Shown: piece after piece, positions 1 through 14,301 of the stretch
Position numbering within the stretch: position 1 is the first letter of the stretch
How the letters are laid out: each line of letters starts with the position of its first letter
Origin: Sphagnum compactum
Lineage: Eukaryota
Assembly (NCBI GenBank): GCA_965153455.1
Contig: OZ234493.1
Span: 29,564,213-29,628,212 of the forward strand
Reading direction: 5' to 3'
Length of the DNA: 64,000 nucleotides
Notes under the pieces: generated by a model
Databases searched by the model: none
What the model saw: the letters and a program-made list of their open reading frames with translations, nothing else
Told to the model about the DNA's origin: nothing
Translations under genes and position numbers: made by a program

Positions 1-1210
1 TTTATCTCCAGAGCCTGTGAAACCCCCATTTCACCTACCTAGTGACTTACCCATCAAACACTGGTATTTGCTAACTTTGCCAGTTCTTCCTTTTTAGGCT
101 CGTCACTTCCATTTTTGTTGTTTTCACAAGTAACACGGGTTCTTCACTACTCATGCATAAGGGGTGATTCTCAAATACCCAATTGAGAACAACCAGATAT
201 ATTGCCAGTTATAGCCTTTTACAATATATATGTGTGTGTGTGTGTGATTATTTTTATTTTTATGATTATTTTTATTTCCTATTGTAAGCATGTTAGTGTT
301 TTAGTATCAATAACCTACCTAGATGATAACTGGGTCATTGAAGTAGGGAAAAAAGTTTGAAAATTTTCAATTAGATATATCAAAAGAATGGCCCCACACA
401 TTGCACATATACCTAGTTTAATAGTGTACAACTGGGAAATGGGAAGTATAAGTTAGAGAGCTAAGGACTATTGGATGGGATGATCTATTTCAGCATGCAA
501 GTATTGAAATCAATTAATTTTTAAGTTACAAGGCTATTTGGACACTTGAAGTTAGAATTTTAAAGTTTGACACATGGGGTTTTCAAATATTTTGACTTTG
601 GCTTTCTATTTATAGTTCTTGTCCATTTTATTATTATTATAGTTGTTCATACAATATTTTGGGATTGTTCAAGAATGGAGCTATAACTTTAAATTAGGAC
701 TATATTTAATTATGTTTTCATTTTTTAAGTTATAAAGACTCCTTTTTCCTCCTATGAAATGTGAGCCATAATTGAGGAGTGATGTTCCATGCATATAGAA
801 GCTTGCAAGATCTGAGGCAACTTGTATTGTAACTTGTTGGATGACTTGAACCTCTTTTTGTAACATGTAAATAAACAACATTGACCGGTTTTCACATTTT
901 TATTGCTCCAAATTTGACATTTTAAAAGTATTCATTTATATTGGTGACAAGTTTTTATACAATTCATCAAAATTCCCATGAAATTTTTGAGAATTTTTTT
1001 CATCCTTTTTTTTAATTAATTTTTGTTGATTTGATAAGAAAGTAGGGTAGTGGTTTAGGTTTTGGAACTTGAAAGGGATTCAATTTAAGGTAAGTCCTTA
1101 GGATTGGAGCAACCCCAACATAATGGCTTGCTATTAGTTGAGAGTGGGGCTTGGGTCTAAAGTTTAAAATCTTAAAAGTAGTCCATATTTTTCAAGGATA
1201 CCCGTGACTA

Positions 1211-1380
1211 TTGCAAAAGTTATAAAATATGTCAAGCTTATGCATGAATGAATATACTATAAGCACCCCTTTACATGACATATCACCTTTGGAATCCCTT
1301 GCAAAAGTTGTAAATATATGTCAAGCTTAATCATGAATGAATTTACTATAAACACCCCTTTACATGACATATTATCTTCA
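1211..1380. repeat. ~88 bp tandem duplication
   Basis: TTGCAAAAGTT...ATATGTCAAGCTTA...CATGAATGAAT...CACCCCTTTACATGACATAT occurs twice. Confidence 0.8.
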
Positions 1381-1459
1381 AAATCCTTTGAAAAATGAGG
1401 AGTTGATTTACTATAGTCATTACCTATGACTATCAAAAAAAGGCATCTATTCACGATCA

Positions 1460-2140
1460 TTGCCACTCACAAAGTTTGAAAAAGTGCAAAATTTGAAAAA
1501 AAATTGTGAAACAAAAGGTGCATGTTTCATGAGGTTTGGGGTACCAAAAAAAATTGTTTCAAACAAGAGACTTCAATTCATGAATGAGGTTGTGAAGGAC
1601 TTATTAACACATTTTGTAATAAAACATAAATTCACCACCATGTACGAACCTAACACAAATGACCTATTGGAGAGGACAAACAAAATATTTTGTTCCATGC
1701 TAAGAAAAAAATTAAGGTCCAAACAAATATTTGTGATTATGATTGCAAGATCCACCATGTCATGTGTGTTTAGATTATCACATACAAAACAACATGTTAT
1801 TCACCCATTGTATTAACATATGGGATGGAAGCTTTTTTACCCATTGATTAAATGTGATTGAGGTGATTACCTTAAACATTGTTACAAGAATGAAGCTTCC
1901 ATTGAAATAATAAGCACATTAGAGGTTATTATAACTGACTGGGTTGAACAAGTTGTAATTAAAATTTTGGCAATCCATTGAGCTTCCTCAAAATAAATAA
2001 AAAAATGTTTTCACAATAAGGTAAAAAAAGAAGGAATTCAAGGAAGGTGATATTGTTATGGTGTTTGATGCTTAAAATAATCAAAGCACTTATAAATTTA
2101 AAATATTATCATCAAAAATATATGATTCATGACTTATCAA
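1460..2140 (+). mobile_element. Decayed Ty3/Gypsy integrase fragment
   Basis: RFGVPKKIVSNKRLQFMNEVV...KHKFTTMYEPNTNDLLERTNKIFCSML resembles the rve core (FG.P..I.SD.G..F...H...T.Y.PQ.NG..ER.N). It is broken by stops and frameshifts. Confidence 0.75.
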
Positions 2141-5136
2141 GTTATCAAGGGGGTTGTTAAATCGTGGAATTCGGCAACTTAGTTACCATCAAGGGAAAAG
2201 GTTGTCGAATAAAGAAAGGAATTAAAAAAGAGATGAAAACACATGAGAATAAGACTTGTTTATTGTTTGCCTATTGTCTTATAACAACTATCATCATGCA
2301 ATATCTATTGTCTTGTAGTAGCTACCGTCATGCAACAAACTTGAAAGAAGACCCACAACCGCCCACAGACCTTTGATAGCTACTACCTACCATCTATAAT
2401 TGCAGACCCTTTGTAGTTGCTACTTATTGTTTGCAACACCTACAAACCTTTTGTGGCTATTGTTTACCATCTGCAACAATGTTACCTTCCTTGTAAACTT
2501 CAAATCTCATGTTTACTTCTTTATTTGTTGCCTTCCAATGATAACTGTCATCTTGTGGCAGAAGGTATTTTGAACTCTAGAAACAAAAAACACAAAGAGA
2601 ATATCCTATTGCTTTTGTTAACGAAACAAAAAACTACTACATAAAACATAACAAAACATTATGCAATCTTAATATGTACTATCTTCCCCCACTATTTAAC
2701 ATCCTCCAAATATAACAAAATTTAAAAATATGGTATGTTTTCAACCATTTTTTATTGCAAGAATCGATGTACAAAATATTTCCATACTTTCCACCTTTAT
2801 TTGTAATGTCACATAGACACATTATCCCCAAGAAAACTTTCTTAACCACATCCGGTTTAAAATACAAAGGAATGATTCACAATCCTTCTCCTCACAATAT
2901 AAAGAAAGAACCTAAGAAAAATATTCATCACACAAGGGTTGAGTCCTTATATTCCTAAATTTTTTTATCTTTTTAATTTTTTTTATCTTTTTAAATCTCC
3001 TTATTCTAATCCCTTCCACACATCCTAGTTAAGGGAAATTCATCCATCCATAACTAAACCCTAAACCTTAATTGAATAATTACTAGAATGCCCCATTTAA
3101 ATAAATTATACTAGGATATTATTTTTAAAATATAATTAATATTATTTTTATTAGAATTTCTCATAGAATTAATTTTTGATTGTTCTATCACATGAAGATA
3201 ATTTATTGTAATAACAATATTACTATCAAAAAACATTTTTAATTTTTTTAAAAATTGTTTTGCCATATGATGGTAACTATCATCTAGTGACAATACTACC
3301 ATTTCCTAACACCCATGATGTTTGACCAACATAAAACAATTTTCTATCGTTAATAAAAATATTTGTCAATAATGGTTTGTTATATGAACTTGAGAACCTT
3401 GATGATTCTCCATTTCTTAATCTTGTAAACGATGATACATGGAAGAAAGTTTTTGTCAAGTGATGATTTTGATCATGATTATCTAAAGATTTTTTTTTTT
3501 TTCACGTATTTATCCACCACATGCCAAGGGGGACGGTCTCAATTCATAATTGGAGCAATAAAAGGTGGAAATAGTTATTGTTTATGCTTTTAACATCAAT
3601 GGCCTTTCAAGGTCCCTATTCCTGACCTCTTAAAATTAACAATTAATTGTTTTTCCCCAATCAAATACTCATCAAAGAAATCAAATGAAGGGGTATTTAA
3701 GGTGTTTTTAAAAATAAATTAAAAGATTAGAATATCTAAAAAACATTTTATATTCCTAACCTTATAAAAGTATTTCATGTTATATTTATGAAATGTTTTC
3801 CTTCTGCATTTTATTGTTCACATCAAAATTCAAATTTTTGTGGTCCAATGAAAATTTCTCAATATTACAAGACTTCAAAATTGTATTCATAAAAAGTTTC
3901 AATTGAAAAGTCTTTTTTAGGTAAGTGTGCTTTCATTGTCATAAAATTTGATGAATCTAACAAATTGGGAGTGTGATTGATGTATGAGGAAAATTGACAA
4001 TTAGTTACATGCTAGCCAAACCATTTGCCCAAAAAACTAAAACAAAACTTGAAATTTAATCAATGAAACTAACCATAAAACATGATCACAAGGAAATCAA
4101 TCAAACAAATTTTATATGAACAATTATATTACTTACCAATATTTCCAGAGATAGGAAATTTCTATAAACTACTATGGTTGTGAAGGATTTTGATTGTTAA
4201 AAAAAGGAAAATTCTAATTCTAACTACATCCTTTGCCATGTGGTTCTCCCCATAGATTGTACAAATTTCTCATTATGTCCATTGTTGTTGTTATTTGGAT
4301 TTCTATAGGTTGCAAGAGTTTTTGGGGGAGAGGGGGAGGTGGGGAGCAAGATTTAAAAGTTTAACATGTTTTATTTTCCAAGTTAAAAAATTAGAGACGT
4401 GCAATTTTACGACTTGGCAATAGGTTCATGATCTACTATGCACATACAAGTTGTAATCACCTTGTGATTAAGTTTTTTTGGAAACGCACTAGATCAATTC
4501 AAATAGAATGGGTTTTGAACTAAAATAGTTTTTTTTTGGGTGGGAAATTAGCCAATGAAAAAACAAAAATTTAGAGAATTACATTCCAAATTACCTCCAA
4601 TCGAAACATGTGCCCCTTGAACCAATGATTCTAAAACTTGCCAATTCATAGCTAACACATAAAAAAAATTCTACTTGAACAAGGGGTGCAACATCCATAG
4701 CAATACCACCTAAGGATGCTTTCACCCAAAACTTGTTTTGATTTTACCGAAACATTAATCTATTGCTTGCTCAATTATGGTTTTATAGGGTTGGAATCAC
4801 TATTTCACCAATTGAAAATTTTGCTTTCTTCAAAATGGTGAAAAAAAACACACACACACACTTTATTAGTCTTCTAGTTGCCAATTTTTGAAAACCCAGA
4901 TTCTATATAAAGGTCCAGTAGGAAGCCAAAAATACATATAGAAGTCCATGAATAAATTTTTTTGGCCTATCATATTGTGTTTATAACGAGAGATTTGGCT
5001 AAATTGTTAGGATGAGATTGCAGAAGCCCAAAGAATCTTGAGATTAGGTAAGATATTAACAAATGCACATTTCTCACGATATAAAGTTAGTTACATTGTA
5101 CGAAACAAAGTGTATAACAGCTTGACTTAATCGAAG

Positions 5137-5290
5137 GAGCGATGGTAAATTACACAAGTGTAGACAAATAATTGGGAAATTGTCAGTTGTTTTTTTCTCT
5201 CTTCTTGGCCTTTACTTAATTGGAGAGGAGCAAATGGTAAATTACATAATTGTGAACAATAATTGGGAAATTGTCAGTTGTTGTTTTTCT
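5137..5290. repeat. ~91 bp tandem duplication
   Basis: GGAGC..ATGGTAAATTACA...AATAATTGGGAAATTGTCAGTTGTT occurs twice. Confidence 0.75.
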
Positions 5291-6496
5291 TCTTCTTCTT
5301 CTGTTGTTGATGGGCACCATATGCTTGTTCAATTATTTGCCATTAGTCTTCTTCACAAGATGGGGATGGAGGATAGTCAAGATCTCTCAAAACAAAAACC
5401 AGATCCATGATGTAAAATCATGGGGTCCTATGATGATGACATACATGCAAACTCAAGTGCTTTGTTTGTAACCAAACTGAGAAGGAAAGCAGCTCTGAAG
5501 ATGACATTCTCTAATTTGCTGGAGACGAGAAGTAAGTAAATTGCATCACACCAGGCCCACACTTACTTAAGTACCCACAACTCAATGACCTAACAAATAC
5601 GCAAGATAATAGAGTTATCCGTAGTAAAGTAAGGAAAACACAGCACCAGAACCCTGAGTTTGGTCATACACCAGTTGAGATTAAAAAAGACCTGCCAAAA
5701 AAGTACATTAGCATTCTTCAACCAAGGGTGAAACTCAGCAAACTATCATTTTTTAATTTTTTTTAATTTTGTGGTAAACTGAGTTTCATCCTGTCTTTCG
5801 TGTTCTCTGAGCGCCTCCATTGCTGCTGCTGCTACATATATTTTCACTGGTCCTACCTGTACAGTTACTGTAATTTAGTCTCAAACCTTGTGCATTAAAT
5901 GCTGAGTTTCAGCATTTCATACTGAGATTTAATAGAATTTCGTTACTTTGAGGATGGCACTGAAAGAGGGGATAGGGGGAGGGGGGTGAAAAGAGGACCC
6001 AAGAGAGGGTGAAGACAGGGTTACTTTACAGATAACTCTAATGGCCCCATAAAGTTTAGCCCCATTGTGAGCTTTTAGACCAGTTTTGGCCGGTTTTTTC
6101 TTTCTTTTGCATTTCCATTACCAGTGGGGAGGGTCAAAAGTTACTTACTACTCATGTAATGTACTCCCAAAAAAAAAAAAAAAAAAGTGACCTAAAAATG
6201 TCAAAGGCTAGGCTAATGAAGAATGATGAAGCAAAAAGAGTGAGCAAATTATTATTTTTTTAAAAAAATTCCATATCCCTAGAAAAAAAAAGTGGATTCC
6301 TTTGAAGCTCTGCAAATAATCTTGCAAGCAAAGCTACTTTTAAGTAGGCAATGCAGCCTACTAGTCCCTGGACCATCCAGCCTTAAAACATGCATTGCTG
6401 GTCTGACAGATGAGTTGTGCAAAGCTTGCAGCCAAAAATCCCACTGGCCTTAATCATGGAATGTGCTTGGATGTTTTGTTGTAGTAGTATGTACTT

Positions 6497-6527
<31 letters not shown>

Positions 6528-6652
6528 ATTCCTCTCTCCAATTCTTCATAAACAACCAACTAGGGTTTAGTTTAATTTTAAAAAGCATTTTGTTATAAGG
6601 ACACTATAAACCCCTAAGGACATTGTAAACCTTTGTTGGGTAGTTTTTGGTT

Positions 6653-6999
6653 TTGTTGGCCTTGCCTACCCGAAGGTAAGGGATATTGTTGTGTTTAGAT
6701 TCATTATAGAGTATAGTAGCTTCAGGGATTTTGGCCCCTACTAGGTAATAATAATAGGTCTATTTTTATATGAGTATTTAATAAAAAAAGATGATGATAT
6801 TTTGGGCTTTGTGTTGAAACTTGAGATTAGTTATAGAGTTATGATATCTTGAAGGATTTTGGTTTCTTTATTTAGAGGATTTTTTTGAAAATTCTATTTT
6901 TTTTGTATGATGAAATATTTGAATTTCCATAATTCTTCTTTTGCCTTTAAGATACTGTTTAATGTAAATGGCAAGGCCATAGTGTGCCACGCCCCTTAT
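6653..6999 (+). mobile_element. ~345 bp non-autonomous dispersed element, copy 1
   Basis: TTGTTGGCCTTGCC...GGCAAGGCCA + ~20 nt. Aligns by eye to 10576-10920, 12367-12694 and 14496-14813. Confidence 0.85.
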
Positions 7000-7337
7000 A
7001 TATAACTAGTGTTGGGCATTTCTTGACTATTGTGGAGAACCTCATGTTTTGGTTTTTAAAAAATAAGTTACCATGGTTCCGGGTCTTGTTCTTTTTTTTT
7101 TAATAAAAAAACACCAAAAATTTACTAAAAACAAAATCCCAGTTCCAGTTCTGGTTCTAAAATTTAGACCCAATTCCAGTTTGATTGGAGAAAATGTGTT
7201 TTCTTCTAACACATTATTTGCTAAAAAGAAATTGGTACCATTCACAAAACTCTAGACATCGTAAAATTGGAAAAAAGCCATACTAATAACTTACCCACCC
7301 ACACTTTCTGTCTTTGAAGTGGGCAAGTAAGTACTAA

Positions 7338-7720
7338 GAGCATCTCCACCAACGTTCAGTATGTGAGCCTGCATTGGAAATCTTTGGATGGGGTCATGAG
7401 TCAAATCCAGTGAATCCACTGGAAGACTCCTGAGACTCTGAAAAGATGCACAGCTTTCAGAGCCTCTGGAGGAGCCTTGGAAGAGTCTAAATAAGCACAG
7501 TCAAATGGTATTTATTGACTGTTCCCTGTTTCTAATTGGCTGGATAGTTTGATTGGTCCAAGTGGTTTGCTATTAGTAGTCTCCCACCTATTTGCAGTCC
7601 CAGTCTCAGTTTTATGGGTGGGGTTGGCCCAAAAAAAAAAAAGTTACCCAGTAACTAAAGCTTGGATGTGAGAAATATTTTTGTAGGGTCACAATACTAT
7701 AAGCATTGCTGGAGATGCTC
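7338..7720. mobile_element. PIF/Harbinger (Tourist-like) MITE, 383 bp
   Basis: Perfect 11-bp TIR GAGCATCTCCA...TGGAGATGCTC, flanked on both sides by TAA (3-bp TSD). Confidence 0.88.
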
Positions 7721-8239
7721 TAAACAACATTTTTGAAAAACGACACGCAAAATGTGAGGCACATATGTTGTTGTTAAAATGTCAAAGGGGGTCCAAGTCC
7801 TGAGTCCTGACTAATGGATCATTGTTGTTGGCAACTAACAAAGTGAGTGATTCAGCACTCCAAACTGATTCCACATGCTTCTCTAGCTTGTGTATGGCAC
7901 TTTAGATGGGGGCCAAGTACAATTTGCTTGCTCTTCTCGTCTAAAAAGTAGAGAGAGATTCCCTCCCTCCCCCAACCTAATAATAATAATAATTAAAAAA
8001 ATAAAAATGCGTGTTTCCTCTTCATACACCCATTTTAACAATAGAAATGGGCACCCCACTAATTAATTAATTTATTTATTTATTTAAATAAAAACAGCGC
8101 ACACAAGCTGGCAAAAGCTTGGATCCTTGAGAGGGCTCAACTATCAAGGCAACTCCTCTTTTGTTTCTTTTGTTGTTGTTTTGTACACACAAAACAGAGT
8201 GGCCACCAATTTGGTACAACACAACTACACAACTACTAC

Positions 8240-8305
8240 AGTAGTAGTAGTAGTAGTAGTAGTAGTAGAAGAAGAAGTAGTAGTAGGAAGAGGAGAAGGA
8301 GGAAG
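8240..8305. repeat. Compound microsatellite (GTA)n(GAA)n
   Basis: Direct reading. Confidence 0.9.
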
Positions 8306-10575
8306 AAGCTTTGCATGCCAATTGAGATGGACCATGGACTAGGTCAAATAATCAGGTGAGCTAAACATGATTAGGGATCTATGATTAGAGAAGTGGGTAG
8401 ATAGGAGGAACTCCAGTCTGTTGCACACACTCACTCTACTCTGTCCCACCAAAAATTTCAAATGTTCTCAAGTTCATAACAACCCATTTCAGTACTTTTT
8501 TTATATAATGGCCAGAGTGAACCAGCTCATCAAGAAGGTTTATCTGGATATTTTATTTTATTTCTATTATATTCTTTTTATTTTATTTTATTTTTCATTT
8601 CAGATTTTGGTGAATTTTAGGCCCCCTTTTTTTTTGCCCATGAAAAAAAAAAACCATCTTGAATAGGTTGAAATCATATTTTTTCAAGTCACAATTTGGC
8701 CCAAAAAACAATCTCTACTGAAAAAACAACTACAACGAGATATGTGGTGAGTGAACATGTTTTTCTCCGTTTGTTTGTTTCTATTTCCCTGGCTTAACCA
8801 TCGTGGTTAGCTCGGTTTATGTTTTCATGACCGACCTAGTTAGTACTAACAACAACCCAACAGCCCCTTTAGCTTATACATTAAGCATCTACATACATGC
8901 ATCTAATTAGTTAATAATCACTTATTATCTAGCTAACCTACGCGACACTCTCCTTGGATAGGTTACTAAACTCAAACCCAATGTCGACACAGAGTTAGGG
9001 TTTCATCCATGCCACAACTGAGTCATAAGAGGCCTTCCGAATGATACGTGAGCTGGTGGCTGTTGGTTCACTCTTGCCCTTCATCATCATCATCATCATT
9101 CACCCCACTAGCCTCAACCTATGTGTCCACCATTGGCAAAGAGATTTGCACATGAAGCCAAGCAAATTTAATCGTACTCAAAAGGAATTGGAGAAGCTAT
9201 TTCCCCCCTATTTAGCCATATATTAATGTTTAATAATCACATCCACCACCATAAGTTGTTAATTATTCCCCCATCCCCACCCATAAACCTAGAAAAATCA
9301 CACGATATAAAGCGGTATAAATTGAGAGACTAAGTATTTACATGTCATCACCTCGCCAATCATTATGGTTAGCCAATCAAAAGTAGTCATTTTCTTTTTA
9401 CCGTTTCTTTTGGAAGTTTTTTTTAAAAAAATCATGGACACTAGTGTGGCCTAAAGGGTTGGCCCAAGTGTGAACTCGTTACCCAACAAATTTCTCCTTC
9501 GGAATGATTCTCAAAATTCAATATATCCTACACCTTAGGTTTAAGAAATTGCCACCATAAAATTTTCCTCATTGAGCCATTTCCAAGAACACCAAAACGA
9601 GCCTTACTATTCCTGGAAAGTTTAGTTTTTAATATTTAAATGAATTTTCAATGACAAAAATTGTTTCATATTCAATAATTGTCACAATATAGTTCTAAAT
9701 GTTACGACACCAGTTCAATGCACATGTACTCGTTGAGGGCTTTCCAATGATACTAAGAGCATGTTGAGGGCACCAAGGTTTGGGAAATGTCAATAACACA
9801 AACAAAACAAACAAACTACCTTAATAGATAGAATAGTGCAACCTATGTTTGTTGGCCCAATTGAATGAATTTTGAGAGGGAAAATGCTCCTAAAATCCTA
9901 TTTACATTACAATTCTTATTGAGTTTCCAATGACAAAGATTATTTAGAATTCAAATCACTCAGCACTTTCCAACAATATCAAAAGAGCAACCCAATTTCC
10001 CTTACAAAATTTAGTGTTGATTTTATTCAAATTTTTGCAATTATATTGTTCACTATTCGATAACTCTTGCACTACATGTCTACAAATTAGGAAATCACCT
10101 AGGTGCACCCCCTATTCATCAAGGGTTTTCCAACGATATTGAATGTGTTTGGGGGTGAGGGGGGGGGTGTGGGGGGGTGGTGGGGGGTGTTTCTTGGTTT
10201 TGTATATATGCGTGGCACCAAAACCAAAATACATGTTTTTTAAAATAAATAATTAGAATCGGGGTTCATTGGTATTCATCTATTGATTCCAATCTAGGTT
10301 AATAAGAATTGGCTTAGAATTGGGTGTGATTTAAAAAACCACAACCATATTTTTGTTTGAAGAACCAAACTCAAACCTAGATTTCCAATTGATTTTCACC
10401 CAGTTTTCATTTAAAAAGTTTTCATCCCATGACCTTCTAGGGAGGATCATGATTTTTGCTACCATCCTACAATACATTTTCATGTGTGAAAATAAACCTA
10501 TGACTATTTTAAATTCAAGAATTACACATGTGCCAATGCTTTTAAAGCTAAAGGTATTGGCACATTCAAATTTTA

Positions 10576-10920
10576 AACAAGGGGTGTGTCACATTGTGGC
10601 CTTGCCATTTACAATAAAAAGAAAAGTATGTTCAGGCAAAAGATGAATTATGGAAACTCAAATATTTCACCATGCAAAAATATAATCTTCAAAACAATCC
10701 TCTAAAAGAAACCAAAATCCTTCAAGATATTATAACTCTAGAACTAATCTCAAGTTTCAACACAAGCCAAAATATATCATCTTTCAAAAATCCTCATATG
10801 AAAATAGACCTATTATTATTATTACCTAGGGGCCTATAAAAATCCCTTAAGCTACTATACTCTATAATGAATCTAAACACAACAACATATCCTTGCCCTT
10901 GGTAGGAAAGGCCAATACAA
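10576..10920 (-). mobile_element. ~345 bp dispersed element, copy 2 (inverted)
   Basis: Reverse complement of copy 1 over its full length. Confidence 0.85.
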
Positions 10921-12366
10921 TTATCATAGAATACTTTGTATAAAGAAAGGTGTAGCCTAGTGATAGATTAATTCTTTGGCCTCAAAGAGGGGTCATGGGT
11001 TTGAATTACACTTTGCCCTATGTCAATTTTCTCAACCTACAAAAAACTTTTACCCTCTAGTAGGGTGAAAATCAACTCCATGAGAAGTGGACCTAGTGGT
11101 CCATTCCATGACCACCCCAGGTATGAAAGATGAGGCCATATGATACCTTGGGAATGTTTGAGGACTATACTCCTTGAGAATCAGATCTCGTGGTGCATTT
11201 CACCATCACCTCGGGTATCAAAGGTGTGACCATATGATACCTTGGGGCAATTTTCGAGAAGTTGATTCTCACATAAACTAGAACTATTGCTTCTCATTCA
11301 AAGAATTGGCTTGATGATAATCGGTGCCATTCATGAGAATCACCCAACATTGGTCCAAACCCAATCTCACATTATTTGCAAAAAATTATTTCGTCTAAAG
11401 TAAAATGTACAAGCTATTTTCCTATTGTTGGTGGAGATTTTTTTAAATAGTAAATTTAGGCCCACCTACTCATATTCATCATATCAATGTTTTTTATGGA
11501 AAATTTTCACGACTTGAAGATTTTTTTTGCAATTAAAAAAAAATAAAATAAAATGATTTTAAGGATTTTTGGCCATCTAATGAAAAAAAGATTAAATTAA
11601 ATTAGCCACATCTAGACCTAAGGACTTCCTTGGTCACCAATTGTAGCAACACTTTTTGACAAAATGTTGCAACTCACCTAGGACAATCATCATTTAATAT
11701 TAATTAGTGTTGAGGATCTTCACTAGTGGACCTACTTGAGGAATTTGAAAGGGAAAAAAAACCCTAATATCATTATAGGTATCCACTAATAAAGGTATCA
11801 TTAGTTCAAGTCAAAAATGGTGACAACTAATTTTAGGGAATAAAATTTGCATGCAGCCAATGAGATGGCTGAACATGCACTTGAGAGGACTCATCTTCTT
11901 TCCTTCGGAGTTGGGGGTTGTGAGCATAGAATTTTTTAATTTTTCGTGTTCCCACCATGTTCCCATTGATGTTTTCCATGCACGGAACACAAGGGGGAAC
12001 TCCGGAGTCACCCACCATCTAATCGATAGAAATAACGATAGACATTAGATCGAGCACTCCATTAGAATATGTTAATGGTAAAACCCCTAATTTGGGGGCA
12101 TTCTAAAATTTAAGAGATCAAGCCTTGCATTTGGTGAACATCCCTTACCCAGGCATTTTACCTATTATTGTAAAGCACAAGGCAAAAATTATCATGAACC
12201 TAAACATGTGTAAATCGTGAAGCGGAGAGGAAAAGATCTTAAACCTACTCCTTAAGAGTGAGAGGGATCTTACACCTATATCTAGGCATAACTTCCCTCT
12301 CACTTTTACATGGATAGGCATAATAAAACTCAACTTAAAATGATGAAACCCTGGCAAACACCATTA

Positions 12367-12694
12367 AACAAGCGGTGTGTCACACTTTGGCTTTACCAAT
12401 TACATTAAAAAGGTATTTTAAGGCAAAAGAACAATTATGGAAATTCAAATTATTTCACCATGCAAAAATATAATCTTCAAAAAAATCCCTCTAAAAGAAA
12501 CCAAAATGCGTCAAGACATCATAACTCTATAACTAATCTCAAGTTTTAAGTCAAGCCAAAATACAAACTTTCAAAAATCCTCATACAAAAATAGATCTAC
12601 TACCTAGGGGCCAAAATCCTTTAAGCTACTAGGTATAGTCTATAATGAAGCTAAACACAATATCCTAAGGGCCTTTGGTAGGCAAGGCCAACAA
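12367..12694 (-). mobile_element. ~330 bp dispersed element, copy 3 (inverted)
   Basis: Direct repeat of copy 2. Confidence 0.85.
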
Positions 12695-14067
12695 AGCACC
12701 TAGCAAAGGGAGGGAAAAAAAAAAAAAACAAAGAGAAAAGACTCAAGTTCAAGCCCTGAGAGACAAAACCCAAAGTGAGTCACAAAGGGGCAAAGGAACA
12801 AAAGCTCCTCCTCCTTTGAAATAAGAGGGATATTTAGTGTGATATAAGGTATTTTCTCTCCAAATAAATACACTAAGAATTTTTTTAATTTATTTTTCCC
12901 TCACTTCTTTACAAATCCCAAGAAACTGTTATGCATTGGGATTTGAGCTTTCCTAACCCAAGTTCCCAACAACCCAAAAAAAATTTGGTGTACTTGACCC
13001 CACATACAAACAAACAAACAAACAAACAGACTCCAGACACTACTCCAGACACTCCAGAGAGAGAGAGAGATGGTATTTATGAAAGAGGCAGGAGGTAGAT
13101 CTGCTGAACAACAAAAGAGATTCATTTGCTAAAAGCCTAAATTGGTAGTCAACTTGGCGGCTGTTAAAAGGAAAAAATTTGTACTTTGGCACATCATGAA
13201 TGTCCTTTTGTTTTGCTTCTCTTAAATCTTGTGTGTTTTTACTCTCAAACTTGGGCATTCATAGTCTTAAATGCATTTCATCCATTGATTCCAGTAGTTG
13301 CTTTCCAAGGTGCCCTAGCCATGCCCATTGTCCTCACACTTTCCACACTTTCCCTACTCCCCTCCCCTCCCCCCCCCTATGAATGGATGGATGGATGGAT
13401 GGATGGATGGATGAAATATTAATTTGGTAGGCAAAATGCCAACAAAAGTTGAATTCATTAGATAAGTTCATAACAAGATACAAATAGAAAATATATGTAT
13501 ATATATATATATATATTAAAAGGGTGCAAGAGAAATTACAAAAAACGATTCTAAATTGGAATTTGATCTATGACAAATTAAAATCCGGAATGAATCTGAA
13601 ATTGTTGCAATGACAATCACCGAAATACCCATCCTACATAAACCATTTCCGATGAAACATCATCACTGGAATAATAACGTGCATTTGGAAATCTTTCTCC
13701 ATGAAATTCATACCTGTTTTTTCAATTGCCTAATGAGGAGGTGCCATGGATTTTTTTCCCTTTCTCTTTTGCCATGGTAAATGGAACCAGAATAATCTGA
13801 ATTGGCAGATTACAACCTTCTCAGTTGACAAATTACAACAAGCTTCGAACTTTTCTCACATTCCAGAAAAAAATCGGTGTCAATTTAACGGCTCAGATGT
13901 CAGCATTGAGATTGGACATTCCACAATATACTCGGACACCAGTTCAGATATATATGTATTGGAATGGTTTGGGCATCACCCATTCCAGAGTACGTAATGT
14001 GGATTTGAAATCTCTCTATCTTTTCCATGAATGCATTACATGGAAAACCTTGCTATTGCATCACATG

Positions 14068-14301
14068 GAAACCCTAAACCTTAAACCCTAAACCCTTTGA
14101 AAAAGAATTCATGCATCTGTCCTTCTTCTTCTTCTTTTTTTTTTTTTTTTCCTTTCAGGGTTTTTGTTCTTAACTTTTTTTTAAACCCTAAACCCTAAAC
14201 CCCTTTTTGAAAAAAATTCCATGCATGTATCCCTTTTTTTCCTTTTGTCTTTCAAGGTTTTTCTTTCTTTCCCTTCTTTAAAACCCTAAACCCTAAACCC
14301 T
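14068..14301. repeat. Three clusters of interstitial plant telomere-type (CCCTAAA)n within a ~105 bp degenerate tandem repeat
   Basis: AAACCCTAAACCCTAAACCC-like clusters at ~14068, 14183 and 14281. The first two are followed by TTTGAAAAA...CATGCAT and T-rich tracts. Confidence 0.75.

Noticed and set aside
5897..5917. Palindrome AAATGCTGA-GTT-TCAGCATTT as a miRNA hairpin
   Set aside because: The 9-bp stem does not extend into a regular miRNA-length duplex.
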